A stretch of 54,959 nucleotides of DNA from the IMG/VR virus record IMGVR_UViG_3300032232_001103, positions 1 to 54,959 of that record, one strand, 5' to 3'. The translations under genes and the position numbers were made by a program. The notes beneath the pieces were generated by a model. The model made no database searches. It was not told where the DNA came from and worked only from the letters and a program-made list of their open reading frames with translations. The stretch's first letter is position 1; the number at the start of each line of letters is the position of its first letter. This document shows positions 29,201 to 37,734 of this stretch, one piece after another. Origin of the DNA: a virus (lineage: Duplodnaviria; Caudoviricetes).

Positions 29201-30793
29201 AACTTTACCAATTATTCCAAGTTTGGATTCGCCAATTGCTTTGTTTAATTCGCCAAAACTTTGAATTAATCCTTGAACTCCGCCATATTCAGCAGCATCA
29301 CTAATAATATTTAAAGTTGTAGCTTTTTCTTTTTGTACAGCAGCCGCAGCTTCTAACTGTGCACGAGCACCAAATACTCTATTATACAAACTTTGTGCTT
29401 CTGTACTTTTCTGGATTTGTTTTGTATAAGCTTCCTCTGCTTTTTTACCTCGTTCAACAGCAGTTAAAACTTCTCGATATACTTTTGCACGAACATCACC
29501 GTTTCTTTCATACTGTTCAGTGCTTAATTTTAGTTGAGCTAAATCTTTTGCACTTACATCTTGTACGCTTTCAGCACCTAATACTTTATTAATAACCTTT
29601 TCTTCTTTACCAAACCTATTTTTGGCTTTTAAAGCTTTATAATTTGCTTCAGCTTTATTTAAGGCATCAACTTCAGCTTCAGCTCTTTGTTCTGCTAACT
29701 TTGCTAAATTTATATTCTCTTTTTTCTGCGCATCTACAGCTCTTTTGGCTTTTTCCTCAAATAACTTTGCACTATCTTCAGCAGTAGCTTTTAAACCTTC
29801 GCGAACTTGACTAATAGCAGGAAAAACTTTTTGAATTATTGTACTAGCAAGAAGTATCATTATACCTGCTAAAGCAGTAGGACTAGATGCTAAAACAGTT
29901 ATAAGTGGGCCAAGGCCTTTATTGATAAGTTCACCAGCTGCAGTAGCTAAATTACTTAAACTAGCGGCTAATTTATTAAAAGGATTAGCGTCTAATTCTA
30001 TGCCGCCAAATTTAGTTTCAAACTCTTTTAACACTGCAGTTGCAAAAGCCTGTCGCCTTTCAAAATCTGTAAGTGATCCTGCTGCTTTACCAATGCTAAG
30101 TGCATATGCCCTAGTGGCATCCTCAATTTTAACAAATATGCCTAATTCGTCCAACAATTCAGGTTCAATCTTAGTAATACCACGACTTAGACGACTAACT
30201 GCATCACTAGCATCAACTCCCAGTGCGGCCGAAATACCTTTAGCGGCCTTACCAATTTTTTCAACAGTACCAGAACCCAAACCTGCAGCAGTAACCTGTG
30301 CGGTAGTTTTCATTGCTTCTTGAAAAGAAATTGCGTCGCCAGTAGCAGTAACTAAGTTTTTGCTAACATTAGCTAAACTAACACCACTTTGTGCGCTTAA
30401 TTGTGAAAGTCCTTGAACCATATTGGTAATATCAGCAGCTTTGCTTAATGCACGAAAAGCGGCCTCAACAGCAAATAAATTAGCAGCATAAAATGCGTAT
30501 AGACGAACTAGTCCACTTAAACCTTGCGATTCTTTAGCAAAGTCTCTGGCCGCCGCACCTGTACCAGCACCAGTGGCACGCGAAATACCATAAGCACTAC
30601 CGCTCATCATACCTTGAGCAACTCCACGCGAACCAGCAGTGCCACCAGGTTCTTGTGCAGACATAGTAGCTTTTGCTTGACGTTCAGCAGCTTTTAAGCT
30701 TTTAACAAGACTTTCAATATTCTTGATAACATTTGCTGTTGAACCATTATCAGTAACTTCAACATTATGCGTAGTTGTATTCTGTGCAGCCAT
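23207..30793 (-). CDS. Tail tape measure protein
   Basis: ~2528-aa Ala/Gln/Glu-rich helical ORF after the tail chaperones; RL.RGITK.EPELLDELGI motif as in T5-like TMPs; start chosen at ATG 30793 (AGGAG RBS). Confidence 0.92.
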   Translation of the reverse strand: MAAQNTTTHNVEVTDNGSTANVIKNIESLVKSLKAAERQAKATMSAQEPGGTAGSRGVAQGMMSGSAYGISRATGAGTGAAARDFAKESQGLSGLVRLYAFYAANLFAVEAAFRALSKAADITNMVQGLSQLSAQSGVSLANVSKNLVTATGDAISFQEAMKTTAQVTAAGLGSGTVEKIGKAAKGISAALGVDASDAVSRLSRGITKIEPELLDELGIFVKIEDATRAYALSIGKAAGSLTDFERRQAFATAVLKEFETKFGGIELDANPFNKLAASLSNLATAAGELINKGLGPLITVLASSPTALAGIMILLASTIIQKVFPAISQVREGLKATAEDSAKLFEEKAKRAVDAQKKENINLAKLAEQRAEAEVDALNKAEANYKALKAKNRFGKEEKVINKVLGAESVQDVSAKDLAQLKLSTEQYERNGDVRAKVYREVLTAVERGKKAEEAYTKQIQKSTEAQSLYNRVFGARAQLEAAAAVQKEKATTLNIISDAAEYGGVQGLIQSFGELNKAIGESKLGIIGKVFAYVGGTIAFVGSRILTLIAALGSLFNWFTVVGGVLLLLDGFLRTNTKEMDELSKSMDSLQESTKTAASVLKKFGDYDPLNKFTVESLKARSNALNEIADGIKKVETDFKMANKSAGEYDQFREAILGIFDMDMKSNISETVGKTISQGILLADPGPARDAYKQALSQVLGISENFSAANIELKLKESGDFQGTLERITEVTKKFAQEQQAAAARISETTEAFKAADKAYKELAQSLSNQTPLEKFATNLQTSALKLIQALNKPGEAFQSLVEIIKDTNKLTILPKEQFLALSYRKKEIEELGAAADKARKDFQKFEAQSMDTDLSPAKRAEAKFKAANAAEDLKQAEEKGAAIAKPILQAIAIDRFKEAGQILGNEIKLAQVQAAIGVKKALASAVLTGPRLAQEEGRLTELDIKAKMEVIATTRDLILSNYQLKLSNQELAQKLTLENPNATPQEKATARTALGSLAVQRNILSNKNPLAAQQALLANENLGQEAKAAAGELAPILQMLGDATKQMMALDSQFQQNKISTFAKTVAAATQESMKYMENQEKILQGQLDEINNEEKLVAVLTDQDFIKKQSLERDILAERQAKERLTLQSRFGIIDKLAPGTSAMAKKLDTSEKRKGLSKEQLSYLEEYDAAVRDRGQQETQQAQELAALNRKISEESFTRELKIIDIKYAKETAVFELRARQQNFLLSIDLKARALEIEGLTLRKDLASITQGEYILEKAILETKQLQSTYTQQVNEINQKTTREVSAQQKIIDEVNAKQKAGLSLSDQDWNNRQNAYAVQKQSTDEQSESLKLAKTELTVKTATVTKTADLAGKIERINKLALQTQRVNDLSYQRYKLTADAAQLQINYQNQYLEGRKAVGLILGSEYALEKGINEQKQLSLTQSTKLSEINKTELDNTRALRAELDSLNAARLVAGDVVSPEAQQEYESRKTDVEGKLQLETDKAAQARAGLEKEIALQKLLNQLKTEQDVLQEKQLERMGKLVDATSSLAAIFGKVGEAIGKSVEQTQDFADKNTKLETQRNADIKLAEKRWETEADGALGLSQQKKEIDAKYNKDQAKLDASATLGQIGNVKKLFKEKTAAYKLMSAIETAIHVAKLIQMATEMSLESVMTSKSIIGSMARAGAKGLEAITSAYKMEPQPLGFIAGAAMTTIIAGILGAAFKGSSTSTAANFQMNTEQRQETGGTGSTYIPDPNNPTQGKLVETAGGVFGDSSAKVDSIRKGIEIIAATSVEGLDYDNKMLKSLNRLSDAMTGAAEAIYTIPGLRQGTGSFGTQPGTTKGGSSGIVGTIFGGKTSTTTSIQSLGIQLQGTFQQLIDDTAGSIQQYKDVLYQFHKSGGWFSKSRDWQEVKRETEALGADVRTAISDIFKESKTLFETIGEKSGVTVQQVQDAFNKNPIDISIDFTKLTGEEAINELNANIAKELNIVAEELFSGYKQYKKFGESLLETVVRVTDTNTKINQALVNIRGGGDSSINEFSEQFTEALAAIAGGLDVFLDRTDYFRENFLSKAEQLVPVQNAVDKEMTRLGFSTVKTTQDFKYLIQNFRITDQASMQTYVALLNVAEGFQKVYGAGKTLVEIEDERLSLQEKVIELTSTTAQLREKEISKLNTINQVYQRQINAITDYQTAAKAYQSSLQNTTKTLTSQITTLNDYKSGLMTGANTTLTATEQYATAKSEVESLVKTIKTGTQAEKDIAFGKLTGATDRFLGLSKQLYASGAQYSVDFQTVLSTVDEVTTSLGTQKTAAELQLSELESSNNFLQSIDESSKTTAELLTRLNTARTVMNTANTAATTASATSVASSANTSLFNNTQVAGGTAVTQAVHAGGWILDPVAGWVYVSDVSYNSVQTAIDSARAVITTGVAAAGTASAGAISLAGAANATAITTAGNTLDNTINGLPPIIATNNQNMVDALGKKFDDAIDRLIDAVDNNTEATVVVTTQTGQATIAATTQAAATQANTIRNTTTAYATMKRGESSGTTEL

Positions 30794-30857
30794 TACATCT
30801 CCTGGTAGCAACTCTTTCTGCATTAAAAATTTTTAAGGCAGTTTTACTTTAAACACG

Positions 30858-30886
30858 ATTATAACACAAGGGCAAGCAATTGTCAA
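30858..30886 (-). promoter_or_regulatory. Consensus sigma70 promoter for the tape measure operon
   Basis: Minus strand TTGACA-17 bp-TATAAT. Confidence 0.85.
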
Positions 30887-30905
30887 CTATAATTTTTATG
30901 GACAC

Positions 30906-30942
30906 AAAAAAGCCCCGCAACTATTAAGTGGCGGGGCTTTTT
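30906..30942. terminator. Intrinsic terminator after the tail chaperone genes
   Basis: AAAAAAGCCCCGC-loop-GCGGGGCTTTTT. Confidence 0.85.
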
Positions 30943-31277
30943 GCTTTGAGTTTTTCCGAAATGCTTTTTGATCTAGTTATATCTATATACTGTAAAAGTT
31001 CTATAGCAACTAATTTTTCACCACGATCTAGCTCGTACAAGTCAAATAACTTAAACACAATGGTATAGTCTTTGCCTAAGTAGTTGCCATTCATAGTATC
31101 CCAGTTATCACTCAATATTCTATATATAATAAAACATTGTTGAACTAGGTCAGGAAAGTCAGCAAAATCTACTGGTGTATTTTCTTCGACCGGCTCTTCA
31201 CCAAGCATTTCACACATTTCATAATAAGTTTCTTTGGTTACGCTTACCTCAGCATTTTGCATATGCCTAGTAATCAT
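30924..31277 (-). CDS. Tail assembly chaperone, downstream (frameshift-extension) ORF
   Basis: Lies between chaperone and TMP; its frame is open back to the GGGAAAC slippery site in the upstream gene. Confidence 0.8.
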   Translation of the reverse strand: MITRHMQNAEVSVTKETYYEMCEMLGEEPVEENTPVDFADFPDLVQQCFIIYRILSDNWDTMNGNYLGKDYTIVFKLFDLYELDRGEKLVAIELLQYIDITRSKSISEKLKAKSPAT

Positions 31278-31291
31278 ATCGTAAATTGTAC

Positions 31292-31699
31292 TTATTTGTT
31301 CGTGGAAAAGTTTCCCAGGTCTGTTACCTGTTCGCTAATAAAACTATCAAAATTTGTGGAATTCTTCATCAAGTACAGTGCGTTTTCTTCGCTGTACTCA
31401 AGTTCTGCATCTGCATCTTGACCGGTTAGGTCAACTGGTGCCAATTGCTCCAGATATTTAAGTTTAAGTCCACTCCAGCCTTTAATACTAGCTTTTACAT
31501 AAAGCTCAAGGAATAGGTCATCATTAAGTTCTTCAACTGGTTGACGATTTTTAAAAGTGGTTTTTGTAGCCTTTTTGCGAATTGTTTGCAGAGTTTCACG
31601 AGATAAAAATGCCAAGTCGATTTTAAAATCAGGCATTCCGGGATACTCAACTTCTAGTGCTTTTGAGGGTACGAGTAGGGTTTTAAGAGAAAGTGACAT
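31292..31699 (-). CDS. Tail assembly chaperone
   Basis: 135 aa between major tail and TMP genes; IKGWSGL motif. Confidence 0.8.
   Translation of the reverse strand: MSLSLKTLLVPSKALEVEYPGMPDFKIDLAFLSRETLQTIRKKATKTTFKNRQPVEELNDDLFLELYVKASIKGWSGLKLKYLEQLAPVDLTGQDADAELEYSEENALYLMKNSTNFDSFISEQVTDLGNFSTNK
31310..31316 (-). other. Programmed -1 ribosomal frameshift site (G GGA AAC)
   Basis: XXXYYYZ heptamer in the last codons of the chaperone; the -1 frame reads ...LFHEQISTIYDMITRH into 30924..31277. Confidence 0.8.
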
Positions 31700-31754
31700 G
31701 GTTACCTTTAAGGGTTAGAACTGGGCTTTAGGGCCCAGTTCTGGTTTGTGTTAA

Positions 31755-32942
31755 TTAGGCTGCGTTAGGAGCAACATAAGTAATTGTTGCTTCATTAAGT
31801 GCTTCAATATCAAAAGCTGCACTTGAAGAGCCTTGAGCTGTAAACGAAATAGTTGTAGATACAACTTGTTCCGTTGCAACTGAAGGAATTGCAAGCATAA
31901 CTGCTGGCATTTCAATATCCACACGAGTTGTGGCACTTGAATTACCACCAATACTAAGTTTCATGTAAAATGCAGGATTAGTAGCTGTAGCACTATTACT
32001 AAGCATAGAAGCTAACAACGCTGCAGTATTACCACTACCACTACGTAAGTAAGCATTCATAGTGCCGCTAATTGCACGAGTGCCTGTAAAGTACACAATA
32101 GGTTCATTAACCACGCCTAAGTTAGCAGGTGTTAAGTAGGTAATATTATTTGCAAATGTTATATTACCGCCGGTTAGTGCAACTGTATAAGCTGTACCAC
32201 CAACATCAATATTTACATCTAGTGCTACAGTGCTTAATTTATTAGCAAGATAAGGCGCTGTAGTATTTTTATAGTTAGCTTCATTAGTGCTGCCAGTAAA
32301 ACCGCCGCCAGTAAATGTAACTATACCAGAAGCCTCACTAAGAGTAATAGTAGTTGCTAATTGACGAAGTTTACTACCTTTACCTGCCCAAGCAATACTA
32401 GCAATAGCATCCAGACCAAAATCAATAGTTGCTGTGTCCATAACACAATTATCGATCACAAAGGTAGTACCACTAAGAACAATAATCAAACCAAATTTTT
32501 GAAGTTGATGCTTGCCGCTATTAAGAAGATTGCAAGTAGCTGACGCAGTACCAGGCTGCCATGCGTTAGTTCCTCTAACAGCACCAGCAGGAATAGCTGA
32601 TGCACTAAACATAGCATTCCAAAGCACACCCTCTTCAGCATCAATATAAGTACCAGCATCGCGCGGGCGCATGTAAGTGCTAAAGGAGAAGTCTACTGCT
32701 TCTAGTGCTGTGTTAAAGTTACGCTGGCCGCGGTTGGGAGTTGCACCCGCTTCGTTAAGCGTAACAGTTTCTGTTGTAGTATTTTGACTAAAACTAAAAC
32801 CATCTTGAACTTGAATTTCCCAAGTATTACCCGTGCCATAGGCTCCACTTGTAAATCCACTGGAAGCTACAACACCATACGTATCGACGTTGGTAGTAAA
32901 GAATACTCTACTGTCGCGAATTAAATTAAATGACGATGCCAT
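31755..32942 (-). CDS. Major tail tube protein (T5 pb6-like)
   Basis: 395 aa; WEIQVQDGFSFSQ, FSFSTYMRP, NNITYLTP..LG.VN, FTGTRAISG motifs; position. Confidence 0.88.
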   Translation of the reverse strand: MASSFNLIRDSRVFFTTNVDTYGVVASSGFTSGAYGTGNTWEIQVQDGFSFSQNTTTETVTLNEAGATPNRGQRNFNTALEAVDFSFSTYMRPRDAGTYIDAEEGVLWNAMFSASAIPAGAVRGTNAWQPGTASATCNLLNSGKHQLQKFGLIIVLSGTTFVIDNCVMDTATIDFGLDAIASIAWAGKGSKLRQLATTITLSEASGIVTFTGGGFTGSTNEANYKNTTAPYLANKLSTVALDVNIDVGGTAYTVALTGGNITFANNITYLTPANLGVVNEPIVYFTGTRAISGTMNAYLRSGSGNTAALLASMLSNSATATNPAFYMKLSIGGNSSATTRVDIEMPAVMLAIPSVATEQVVSTTISFTAQGSSSAAFDIEALNEATITYVAPNAA

Positions 32943-33019
32943 CTTATTTCCTTTTTTGTTAATGCCCTAAGTGCATAAACTAGACATTTATCTGTTTTTA
33001 GCAATAGTGGCATGGTTGC

Positions 33020-33457
33020 TTACATAATCTGATATCGGACTTGTAAGTTAATTTCTCCAACTGCATAAGGTGCTAGCAGCCCCTCATCTGTGGTGATTGA
33101 CTGAATTAAGATTTCAGTCGTGGAATAATTATTGGTTGTATCATATACTAGTTGACGATTAGCATCTACGCAAGTTTCGATATCTACCAATAGTGATTCT
33201 AATTGTTCCGTACTCATTTCGCCGTGACAGTACACTTTTATGCAAACACCTAAAAAGCCCCAGGCAAAATCTGCAGGATGATACTCACGTAGTTCTGTGC
33301 CGGGGGTTACGTATACTGAGGGAAAATCTTGAACTTCATCCCAGAACTTTAGCTTGGGGTAGGCATTTTTAAAAATGTTGACTTTGTATGGATCTTTGCC
33401 ATTAATCAGGGCCAATTTAGTGGTCAGGGCTTTTACAATTTGTGTTCGCTTACTCAT
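33020..33457 (-). CDS. Tail terminator protein (T5 p142-like)
   Basis: 145 aa; FWDEVQDFP and SITTDEGLL.PY.VGE motifs; directly upstream of the tail tube gene. Confidence 0.8.
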   Translation of the reverse strand: MSKRTQIVKALTTKLALINGKDPYKVNIFKNAYPKLKFWDEVQDFPSVYVTPGTELREYHPADFAWGFLGVCIKVYCHGEMSTEQLESLLVDIETCVDANRQLVYDTTNNYSTTEILIQSITTDEGLLAPYAVGEINLQVRYQIM

Positions 33458-35070
33458 ACTAATACCGCCCTTAGTCTATTTTGTACCTTGGTCTCAGCAA
33501 TCTCCCTGATTGTTTTGCTTATAAGTAGTTTGGGATCTCGACTACGTGGGTATTCTTGACGCCCACCATCACTAAATGTTGCATAAGGATTGCGCATATA
33601 AGTATAAAATGCGGTAATCATACCTGCTCTGCTTTCACTTAACCGCTCTACTTTAACACTTTCAGCAAATCTACCAGTACGCAAATTTAATATGTCTCTA
33701 CGATTTCCAGAGCCCATATTTTCTTTAACTCGTTGAGTTAAATTACCATTTATCAATCCCTGTAGATCAGCTAAGGAAACTGGCGCTGCTACTGCTTCTT
33801 TAAAGTTTGGATTATTAATAATACTGTTCTTTAAAGTTTGAAGTTCTTGTTTAGCTTTATTAGCTAGGTTTACTAGCTCTGTAGTTTTAGGTATTGTTAT
33901 TTTTGTTTTATCAGTTTTATACACTGAAACTGAATTATGCTTTACCTTGAGACTTTTAGAAGTCTTTTTTTGCATAACATCGTTTACTGTTTTACCAATA
34001 TACTCATTTATAGAATCTGAACTTTTAAGATCTAAAACATAGCTAGCAGGATTTTCAATATATCCCGCTAAAACTTTTTCTATTTGAGTACTGTACTTTG
34101 CTAATTTTTTAGCTAGATTATCAAAAGATTTTGCAGCTTCTGTTACAGATCCTACTTTGGGAATTCCAATAAGACGTTTTCCATCTTGAGAATATTCAGC
34201 TGTAAGTAATTTCATTAAACTACTTATAATCTGTAATCCTTTAGTAATTTTACCAGTATCTTGATTACCTATACCATCTGCAGTACTTTTTTCCTGAAAT
34301 TCAATATTCATAAATATTTTGCCAGCACTGAAATCTTTTTCAATTGCTGCATTTAATTCAGAATATACTGATTTATTACTAAGGGTACTTGAAGCCCTAT
34401 CTAAATCCATGCTTAGTTTAATAATTCTATCAAGTATATCGTTTTCTTTAGTAATACCGCCTGCACTTATTAACTGACGTCCTGTAGTTTGAGCGTATAT
34501 ATGTCCGCGTTCAAATAATTCAGTTATTTTTTTAGTTGCATCAGCATCACTAATTCCTGTAAAAGCTCCTAAACTTTTTAAGAACTCTACAATATGTCTA
34601 AGTGCATTTTCATGGGAAAAGTTAATTCCTCTAAATGCCGTAGCATTTGCCATATCCTCTTTATCAATAGCAGAACTTAAAATACCTCTGCCAGATTTAG
34701 AAATAATATTTTTTCCTTCGTTAGAGTATATCTCAAAATGCTTAGCTTTTAAATGCCCGTATTTGGTATTTAAAAATTTTAAATACTCTTCTAGACCCCT
34801 ATCTGGATCAACTCCTGGCACAAAAACTTTTATTAAACTTGCAGCACTTTCTCTAGTAATTACTAGTCTGGTTCTTCCTTGTTTTTCACCAACTGCACGA
34901 AATTTGCCACTATCAGCATTTAAAATACTAGCAGCTTTTAACATTTCATTTCTGCTAGCTAAACTTCTAGTACTAAAATTTAATAGTCGTTGTTGAATAC
35001 TAGTTAATTCTTCTGCTGCCGCTGTATTAGCTTTATCTTTAAGCGCTTTACTAAAATCTTGTATGCTCAT
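33454..35070 (-). CDS. Tail completion protein (T5 p143-like C-terminus) with long N-terminal region
   Basis: C-terminal LNLRTGRFA.S...YTYMRNPY.TF...RDP.LLI..TIREIA; position between head adaptor and terminator. Confidence 0.65.
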   Translation of the reverse strand: MSIQDFSKALKDKANTAAAEELTSIQQRLLNFSTRSLASRNEMLKAASILNADSGKFRAVGEKQGRTRLVITRESAASLIKVFVPGVDPDRGLEEYLKFLNTKYGHLKAKHFEIYSNEGKNIISKSGRGILSSAIDKEDMANATAFRGINFSHENALRHIVEFLKSLGAFTGISDADATKKITELFERGHIYAQTTGRQLISAGGITKENDILDRIIKLSMDLDRASSTLSNKSVYSELNAAIEKDFSAGKIFMNIEFQEKSTADGIGNQDTGKITKGLQIISSLMKLLTAEYSQDGKRLIGIPKVGSVTEAAKSFDNLAKKLAKYSTQIEKVLAGYIENPASYVLDLKSSDSINEYIGKTVNDVMQKKTSKSLKVKHNSVSVYKTDKTKITIPKTTELVNLANKAKQELQTLKNSIINNPNFKEAVAAPVSLADLQGLINGNLTQRVKENMGSGNRRDILNLRTGRFAESVKVERLSESRAGMITAFYTYMRNPYATFSDGGRQEYPRSRDPKLLISKTIREIAETKVQNRLRAVLV

Positions 35071-35663
35071 GTGTAGTCCGACTTGTACATATCTAGCACA
35101 CGCTTAATATGGGCTGGCAAACTAGTAGTTGAAATATACTCAATCTGTACATTATTAGTACCGGGCGCTTTAGTGCTATGGATACTCATATCGTTTTTAC
35201 GATAGTAGGTTACCAAGTCCATGATAGCTAATGCAACATCTGCTGGTACGTCATCATAACCTGCGCGATAGGTTACACGATAGCCACGAATTACTTCAGG
35301 AAATCCACGATTAACTGTGATTAAACTATTAACAGCATTTGTATTTAAACTACGAATGCCACCATCATCTAGAATCCAATCTTTATACTGTACTAGATTA
35401 GTGTAAGTTTGGCCAAAGTCTATGCTATAGCCAACGCTACTAACACTAATAACTGGTGTTTCATCTAGGATAAGCTTACTGGTACCACCATTAAAATACT
35501 CGACTTTGTCCTGATCAACATAGTCTACAAAAGTCCTGCCACAATAATTTTTAACAAATTCGCTTACACGAGGAATAAGTCCAACAATCTCTTTATCGTA
35601 GTTGCTGCTTTTGATTCCGGCATAAGTTTTATATTCTGAAATAGTAATTAAATTTAATGCCAT
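35067..35663 (-). CDS. Head completion / head-tail adaptor protein
   Basis: VKNYCGRTF, VTYRAGY..VPADV.LA, LPAHIKRVLDMY; ATG 35663 with GAGGA RBS. Confidence 0.8.
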   Translation of the reverse strand: MALNLITISEYKTYAGIKSSNYDKEIVGLIPRVSEFVKNYCGRTFVDYVDQDKVEYFNGGTSKLILDETPVISVSSVGYSIDFGQTYTNLVQYKDWILDDGGIRSLNTNAVNSLITVNRGFPEVIRGYRVTYRAGYDDVPADVALAIMDLVTYYRKNDMSIHSTKAPGTNNVQIEYISTTSLPAHIKRVLDMYKSDYT

Positions 35664-35709
35664 TATATTCCTCACTTGTCTTTTATATGGATTCCAAAAA
35701 AACCCATAT

Positions 35710-35735
35710 AAAAGACAGGGCTTTTCAGCCCTGTC
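35710..35735 (-). terminator. Intrinsic terminator after the major capsid gene
   Basis: Minus strand GACAGGGC-TGAAAA-GCCCTGTC followed by TTTT. Confidence 0.7.
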
Positions 35736-35751
35736 AGTACTAATCTAAAGA

Positions 35752-37722
35752 TTAGGCGGAGTAAATTAGACGAGTTACACCTGCACCGTAGTTGCTTGTA
35801 ACTTGTGTAAAACCTGTACGCAAGCTAGCAACCATAACGCGACGCTGTGTCTCAACCAATTCTTGTGTGTCGATACGTAGACCACGCTGGTTACCAACAA
35901 CGAAGTTGCCAGGAGCAACGCAAATCGCACCAACGTTAGCAAATGTACTACCAGCTGTTGCGCTAGGATCGTTAAGTTCGCCAGAAACTAGTACTGGTGA
36001 GTTACCGATCTGACCGATTTGGCCAGTAAGTAGTGTAGCAGCAGGACCAACTTGGTTCATTGTCTGGAAAACTGTATCTTCGAGTAGATTGTAGTAAACG
36101 CTGCTGTTAACAATGTAAACTACATCTGCTGGATCTAGACCCCAAACACCTAACTGCTTACGCATATTGCGTAAGTTAGCAACTGTAACAGCTGTTGTAG
36201 TATTAGTAATACCAGTTTGTGTTGAAGCACCAGCAGCACTAGCTAGACCCTTAATAGGATCGCCGGTACCTTCAGCGCCGCGAAGTAGAGCCTTGTCAAC
36301 TGCGCGAGCGATACGACGAATCATACCATCACGAATTACAGGCATAATAGCGATAAGGCTATCTTCTTCTTCTTCGTAAGCTGTATACTCGTTGGTAGCA
36401 ACTTTGTATGCACTGAGAGTAATCTCTTTGAGTGCATGTGTAGCTGTGTTACCAGCGCTTGCACCAGCGGCGCCAAGACTGCCAGGAACAGCACCAAAGT
36501 TAGCGTTATCAACCCAAGTTGCAGTACCTGCTTCTGGATTAACAGGAATACGCATAACGTTTGTTTGCATAGCGATTTGACGGAATAGTGGTGCGACGAC
36601 TAGGCGACGACGAACCTCAGCTTCCATGTTTAGGCTAACTTCTAGTTCCCAAGTAGCGCTTGGTACGTGTGCACCGTACTTTTGAACCATTTCGCGACCA
36701 AACTTGGTGTCTTCAACACCTTTGTTAGCCATGCGAGCAAGTAGAACAGCCTTCTCTTTGTCAGCATAGCTCATTGTGGCTGATGCATTATCAGCAGCAA
36801 ATTGCATACGTGATTTTTGAACAGCCTCAAGTTCAGCAGCTTTTTCTGCTAGTGTAGCTTGTAGACCAGCAATAGCAGACTTGTGTGTTTGCTCTTGTTC
36901 AGCAACACGCTTTTCTACTTCAGCTAGTAGGCGCTCTGCACCTGTATCAACTGTTTGCACTTGTGCAACAGCGGCTTTGATTTTAGCGTCAAGATCAGCT
37001 TGTGCACGATCTTGTGCTGCTTTTTCTACGGCAGCCTGAGCTTGTTGCTCAGCGATAGCTTTTGCTGTTTCAGCAGCAGCTTGCTTAGCTGTGTCAGCTA
37101 GCAATTTTTCCAAATCTTTAGGATCCATGTTCCATTCCTTTGTAGTGTCGCTATTTGCTTCCACGGGGGACTCTAGCCCTTTAGCTGATTCCAACTTGGG
37201 CGCAAATTGCAGTTTGAAAAATTTAAGTTCTTCGTCGGTTTCAAACGACTTAGATAAACTAAATAATGTATTTTGATTAGCAGGTACGGACACTACTGAA
37301 ATTTCATGTAGTTCCAGTTCTTTAACAACAAACAGCTCATTAGCTGCATTATATTCCGCATCAGCGATACGAAAACCAATACTAAAAGCAGTAAGCACTC
37401 CGTCTTTGATAAGATTAAACACTTCGCCTGCTGCTGCAGAAATCCGTGCTTTAATCCACAAACCTTTACTGTCGATTCTATGATCTACCATTCTACCAAT
37501 AGGTTCACTATGGTCATGGTATGCTAGAATTACTGGATTTTTCAAGTAATTTTGCACACCGCTTTTCCATACTGTACTAGGCACAATATCGCCTTGACGA
37601 TCAGTATCGACTGTACTTGCGTAGCCTTCGATCATAATTGAATCAATGCTGATATCTTTGGTAGGTAGAACACTTTTAGTAAATGTACTGGTTAAGGTAA
37701 TTACCTTGTTTTTATCTACCAT
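35752..37722 (-). CDS. Fused prohead protease + scaffold + HK97-fold major capsid protein
   Basis: N-terminal IEGYAST..DRQGD, NPVILAYHDH, FSIGF, EISVVSVPAN (HK97-type protease); Ala/Gln-rich coiled coil; C-terminal capsid domain. Confidence 0.9.
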   Translation of the reverse strand: MVDKNKVITLTSTFTKSVLPTKDISIDSIMIEGYASTVDTDRQGDIVPSTVWKSGVQNYLKNPVILAYHDHSEPIGRMVDHRIDSKGLWIKARISAAAGEVFNLIKDGVLTAFSIGFRIADAEYNAANELFVVKELELHEISVVSVPANQNTLFSLSKSFETDEELKFFKLQFAPKLESAKGLESPVEANSDTTKEWNMDPKDLEKLLADTAKQAAAETAKAIAEQQAQAAVEKAAQDRAQADLDAKIKAAVAQVQTVDTGAERLLAEVEKRVAEQEQTHKSAIAGLQATLAEKAAELEAVQKSRMQFAADNASATMSYADKEKAVLLARMANKGVEDTKFGREMVQKYGAHVPSATWELEVSLNMEAEVRRRLVVAPLFRQIAMQTNVMRIPVNPEAGTATWVDNANFGAVPGSLGAAGASAGNTATHALKEITLSAYKVATNEYTAYEEEEDSLIAIMPVIRDGMIRRIARAVDKALLRGAEGTGDPIKGLASAAGASTQTGITNTTTAVTVANLRNMRKQLGVWGLDPADVVYIVNSSVYYNLLEDTVFQTMNQVGPAATLLTGQIGQIGNSPVLVSGELNDPSATAGSTFANVGAICVAPGNFVVGNQRGLRIDTQELVETQRRVMVASLRTGFTQVTSNYGAGVTRLIYSA

Positions 37723-37734
37723 ATTTTCTCCCTG

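Noticed and set aside
31717-31742. 10-bp hairpin AGAACTGGGC/GCCCAGTTCT after the major tail gene as a terminator
   Set aside because: No U tract on the coding strand; possibly a stability element, not called
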